A stretch of DNA of 64,000 nucleotides. Origin: Auanema rhodensis (taxonomy: Eukaryota > Animalia > Nematoda). The stretch covers positions 20,894,001-20,958,000 of the forward strand of contig OZ059895.1 of assembly GCA_964057225.1 (NCBI GenBank). The letters run 5' to 3'. Of this stretch, positions 59,901 through 64,000 are shown piece after piece (the stretch's first letter is position 1; each line of letters opens with the position of its first letter). A program made the position numbers and the translations under genes. The notes beneath the pieces are model-generated. The model made no database searches, had not been told where the DNA came from, and saw only the letters and a program-made list of their open reading frames with translations.

Positions 59901-62900
59901 CATGTCCATATTAGTCTAAAAACAAATTTTTATTAATATTGGTGCATGGTAACCATGATTTTGAAATTTACGTGAACTTTAATTTATGCTAATTAAGTGT
60001 ACACATGATGTGCGCTTGGTATGTAACTCGCTTCACGTGAAAGATAAAGAGATGCGGTTTTCAAAATTAGATTCCCCATTTCCATATTAGTCTAAAAACA
60101 AATTTTTATTGATATTGGTGCATGGCAACCATGACTTTAAAATTTACGTGAACTTTAATTTATGCTAATTAAGTGTACACATGATGTGCACTTGGTATGT
60201 AACTCGCTTCACGTCAAAGATAAAGAGATGCGGTTTTCAAAATTAGATTCCCCATGTCCATATTAGTCTAAAAACAAATTTTTATTAATATTGGTGCATG
60301 GTAACCATGACTTTGAAATTTACGTGAACTTTAATTTATGCTAATTAAGTGTACACATGATGTGCACTTGGTATGTAACTCGATTCACGTGAAAGATGAA
60401 GAGATGCGGTTTTCAAAATTAGATTCCTCATGTCCATATTAGTCTAAAAACGAATTTTTATTGATATTGGTGCATGGTAACCATGACTTTGAAATTTACG
60501 TGAACTTTAATTTATGCTAATTAAGTGTACACATGATGTGCACTTGGTATGTAACTCGCTTCACGTGAAAGATGAAAAGATGCGGTTTTCAAAATTAGAT
60601 TCCCCATGTCCATATTAGTCTAAAAACAAATTTTTATTGATATTGGTGCATGGTAACCATGACTTTGAAATTTACGTGAACTTTAATTTATGCTAATTAA
60701 GTGTACACATGATGTGCACTTGGTATGTAACTCGCTTCACGTCAAAGATAAAGAGATGCGGTTTTCAAAATTAGATTCCCCATGTCCATATTAGTCTAAA
60801 AACAAATTTTTATTAATATTGGTGCATGGTAACCATGACTTTGAAATTTACGTGAACTTTAATTTATGCTAATTAAGTGTACACATGATGTGAACTTGGT
60901 ATGTAACTCGCTTCACGTGAAAGATGAAGAGATGCGGTTTTCAAAATTAGATTCCTCATGTCCATATTAGTCTAAAAACGAATTTTTATCGATATTGGTG
61001 CATGGTAACCATGACTTTGAAATTTACGTGAACTTTAATTTATGCTAATTAAGTGTACACATGATGTGCGCTTGGTATGTAACTCGCTTCACGTGAAAGA
61101 TAAAGAGATGCGGTTTTCAAAATTAGATTCCCCATTTCCATATTAGTCTAAAAACAAATTTTTATTGATATTGGTGCATGGCAACCATGACTTTAAAATT
61201 TACGTGAACTTTAATTTATGCTAATTAAGTGTACACATGATGTGCACTTGGTATGTAACTCGCTTCACGTCAAAGATAAAGAGATGCGGTTTTCAAAATT
61301 AGATTCCCCATGTCCATATTAGTCTAAAAACAAATTTTTATTAATATTGGTGCATGGTAACCATGACTTTGAAATTTACGTGAACTTTAATTTATGCTAA
61401 TTAAGTGTACACATGATGTGCACTTGGTATGTAACTCGCTTCACGTGAAAGATGAAGAGATGCGGTTTTCAAAATTAGATTCCTCATGTCCATATTAGTC
61501 TAAAAACGAATTTTTATTGATATTGGTGCATGGTAACCATGACTTTGAAATTTACGTGAACTTTAATTTATGCTAATTAAGTGTACACATGATGTGCGCT
61601 TGGTATGTAACTCGCTTCACGTGAAAGATAAAGAGATGCGGTTTTCAAAATTAGATTCCCCATTTCCATATTAGTCTAAAAACAAATTTTTATTGATATT
61701 GGTGCATGGCAACCATGACTTTAAAATTTACGTGAACTTTAATTTATGCTAATTAAGTGTACACATGATGTGCACTTGGTATGTAACTCGCTTCACGTCA
61801 AAGATAAAGAGATGCGGTTTTCAAAATTAGATTCCCTATGTCCATATTAGTCTAAAAACAAATTTTTATTAATATTGGTGCATGGTAACCATGACTTTGA
61901 AATTTACGTGAACTTTAATTTATGCTAATTAAGTGTACACATGATGTGCACTTGGTATGTAACTCGCTTCACGTGAAAGATGAAGAGATGCGGTTTTCAA
62001 AATTAGATTCCTCATGTCCATATTAGTCTAAAAACAAATTTTTATTAATATTGGTGCATGGTAACCATGACTTTGAAATTTACGTGAACTTTAATTTATG
62101 CTAATTAAGTGTACACATGATGTGCACTTGGTATGTAACTCGCTTCACGTGAAAGATGAAGAGATGCGGTTTTCAAAATTAGATTCCTCATGTCCATATT
62201 AGTCTAAAAACGAATTTTTATTGATATTGGTGCATGGTAACCATGACTTTGAAATTTACGTGAACTTTAATTTATGCTAATTAAGTGTACACATGATGTG
62301 CACTTGGTATGTAACTCGCTTCACGTGAAAGATGAAGAGATGCGGTTTTCAAAATTAGATTCCCCATTTCCATATTAGTCTAAAAACAAATTTTTATTGA
62401 TATGGGTGCATGGTAACCATGACTTTGAAATTTACGTGAACTTTAATTTATGCTAATTAAGTGTACACATGATGTGCACTTGGTATGTAACTCGTTTCAC
62501 GTCAAAGATAAAGAGATGCGGTTTTCAAAATTAGATTCCCCATGTCCATATTAGTCTAAAAACAAATTTTTATTAATATTGGTGCATGGTAACCATGACT
62601 TTGAAATTTACGTGAACTTTAATTTATGCTAATTAAGTGTACACATGATGTGCACTTGGTATGTAACTCGCTTCACGTGAAAGATGAAGAGATGCGGTTT
62701 TCAAAATTAGATTCCTCATGTCCATATTAGTCTAAAAACGAATTTTTATTGATATTGGTGCATGGTAACCATGACTTTGAAATTTACGTGAACTTTAATT
62801 TATGCTAATTAAGTGTACACATGATGTGCGCTTGGTATGTAACTCGCTTCACGTGAAAGATAAAGAGATGCGGTTTTCAAAATTAGATTCCCCATTTCCA

Positions 62901-64000
62901 TATTAGTCTAAAAACAAATTTTTATTGATATTGGTGCATGGCAACCATGACTTTAAAATTTACGTGAACTTTAATTTATGCTAATTAAGTGTACACATGA
63001 TGTGCACTTGGTATGTAACTCGCTTCACGTCAAAGATAAAGAGATGCGGTTTTCAAAATTAGATTCCCTATGTCCATATTAGTCTAAAAACAAATTTTTA
63101 TTAATATTGGTGCATGGTAACCATGACTTTGAAATTTACGTGAACTTTAATTTATGCTAATTAAGTGTACACATGATGTGCACTTGGTATGTAACTCGCT
63201 TCACGTGAAAGATGAAGAGATGCGGTTTTCAAAATTAGATTCCTCATGTCCATATTAGTCTAAAAACAAATTTTTATTAATATTGGTGCATGGTAACCAT
63301 GACTTTGAAATTTACGTGAACTTTAATTTATGCTAATTAAGTGTACACATGATGTGCACTTGGTATGTAACTCGCTTCACGTGAAAGATGAAGAGATGCG
63401 GTTTTCAAAATTAGATTCCTCATGTCCATATTAGTCTAAAAACGAATTTTTATTGATATTGGTGCATGGTAACCATGACTTTGAAATTTACGTGAACTTT
63501 AATTTATGCTAATTAAGTGTACACATGATGTGCGCTTGGTATGTAACTCGCTTCACGTGAAAGATAAAGAGATGCGGTTTTCAAAATTAGATTCCCCATT
63601 TCCATATTAGTCTAAAAACAAATTTTTATTGATATTGGTGCATGGCAACCATGACTTTAAAATTTACGTGAACTTTAATTTATGCTAATTAAGTGTACAC
63701 ATGATGTGCTCTTGGTATGTAACTCGCTTCACGTCAAAGATAAAGAGATGCGGTTTTCAAAATTAGATTCCCTATGTCCATATTAGTCTAAAAACAAATT
63801 TTTATTAATATTGGTGCATGGTAACCATGACTTTGAAATTTACGTGAACTTTAATTTATGCTAATTAAGTGTACACATGATGTGCACTTGGTATGTAACT
63901 CGCTTCACGTGAAAGATGAAGAGATGCGGTTTTCAAAATTAGATTCCTCATGTCCATATTAGTCTAAAAACAAATTTTTATTAATATTGGTGCATGGTAA
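57000..64000. repeat. Higher-order domain with 7-mer units and a 20-monomer-offset (3520-bp) duplication
   Basis: ATTCCCTATG at 58311, 59543, 61831, 63063 and 63767. TATGGG at 58881/62401 and CTCGTTTCAC at 58971/62491 are both offset by 3520. Confidence 0.85.

Larger units (their letters stand above)
1..64000. repeat. Tandem satellite DNA array, 176-bp monomer, 362 full copies plus a partial one, single orientation; probable centromeric or pericentromeric satellite
   Basis: GGTATGTAACTCG recurs at 1, 177 and 353, with period 176. First monomer: GGTATGTAACTCGCTTCACGTGAAAGATAAAGAGATGCGGTTTTCAAAATTAGATTCCCCATGTCCATATTAGTCTAAAAACAAATTTTTATTAATATTGGTGCATGGTAACCATGACTTTGAAATTTACGTGAACTTTAATTTATGCTAATTAAGTGTACACATGATGTGCACTT. 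Copies differ by a few substitutions each, and the observed indels account exactly for the register at the window end. The tandem array is directly visible; the centromeric role is inferred from monomer length and organisation. Confidence 0.99.

Noticed and set aside
1-64000. CRISPR array or repeat-spacer system
   Set aside because: There are no unique spacers; the entire 176 bp repeats and no cas genes are present.
1-64000. Hidden transposon insertion or strand inversion
   Set aside because: Every stretch read follows the monomer in the same orientation, and the observed indels (+177 bp net) close the register exactly.

Overview
The whole 64 kb window is one uninterrupted head-to-tail tandem array of a 176-bp AT-rich satellite monomer (about 32% GC by hand count of the first monomer). 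It holds 362 complete monomers plus 111 bp of a 363rd, all in one orientation. I found no inserted transposon, gene, RNA gene or CRISPR spacer. The length variants I could see are 9 x +15, 2 x -6, 3 x +16, 1 x +7, 5 x -1 and 2 x +2 bp. They sum to +177 bp, exactly the offset needed to close the register at the window end (362x176+111+177=64000), so a sizeable hidden insertion is unlikely. Monomer size, homogeneity and higher-order structure suggest a eukaryotic centromeric or pericentromeric satellite, but I cannot assign a species or family name. The two 60-aa ORFs are by-products of one stop-codon SNP carried by a large duplication. The interesting features lie inside the array: (i) nested, locally restricted higher-order duplications of 3 to about 50-66 monomers; (ii) one position in the monomer (TTTATG|CTAATT) where four different rearranged alleles begin, two of them locally templated insertions; (iii) a monomer largely tiled by dyad symmetries, with a frequent E-box/CRE-like allele switch; (iv) an 18-mer duplication whose copies reach the same length through different internal dimer duplications. 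I found no evidence of a protein-coding system.
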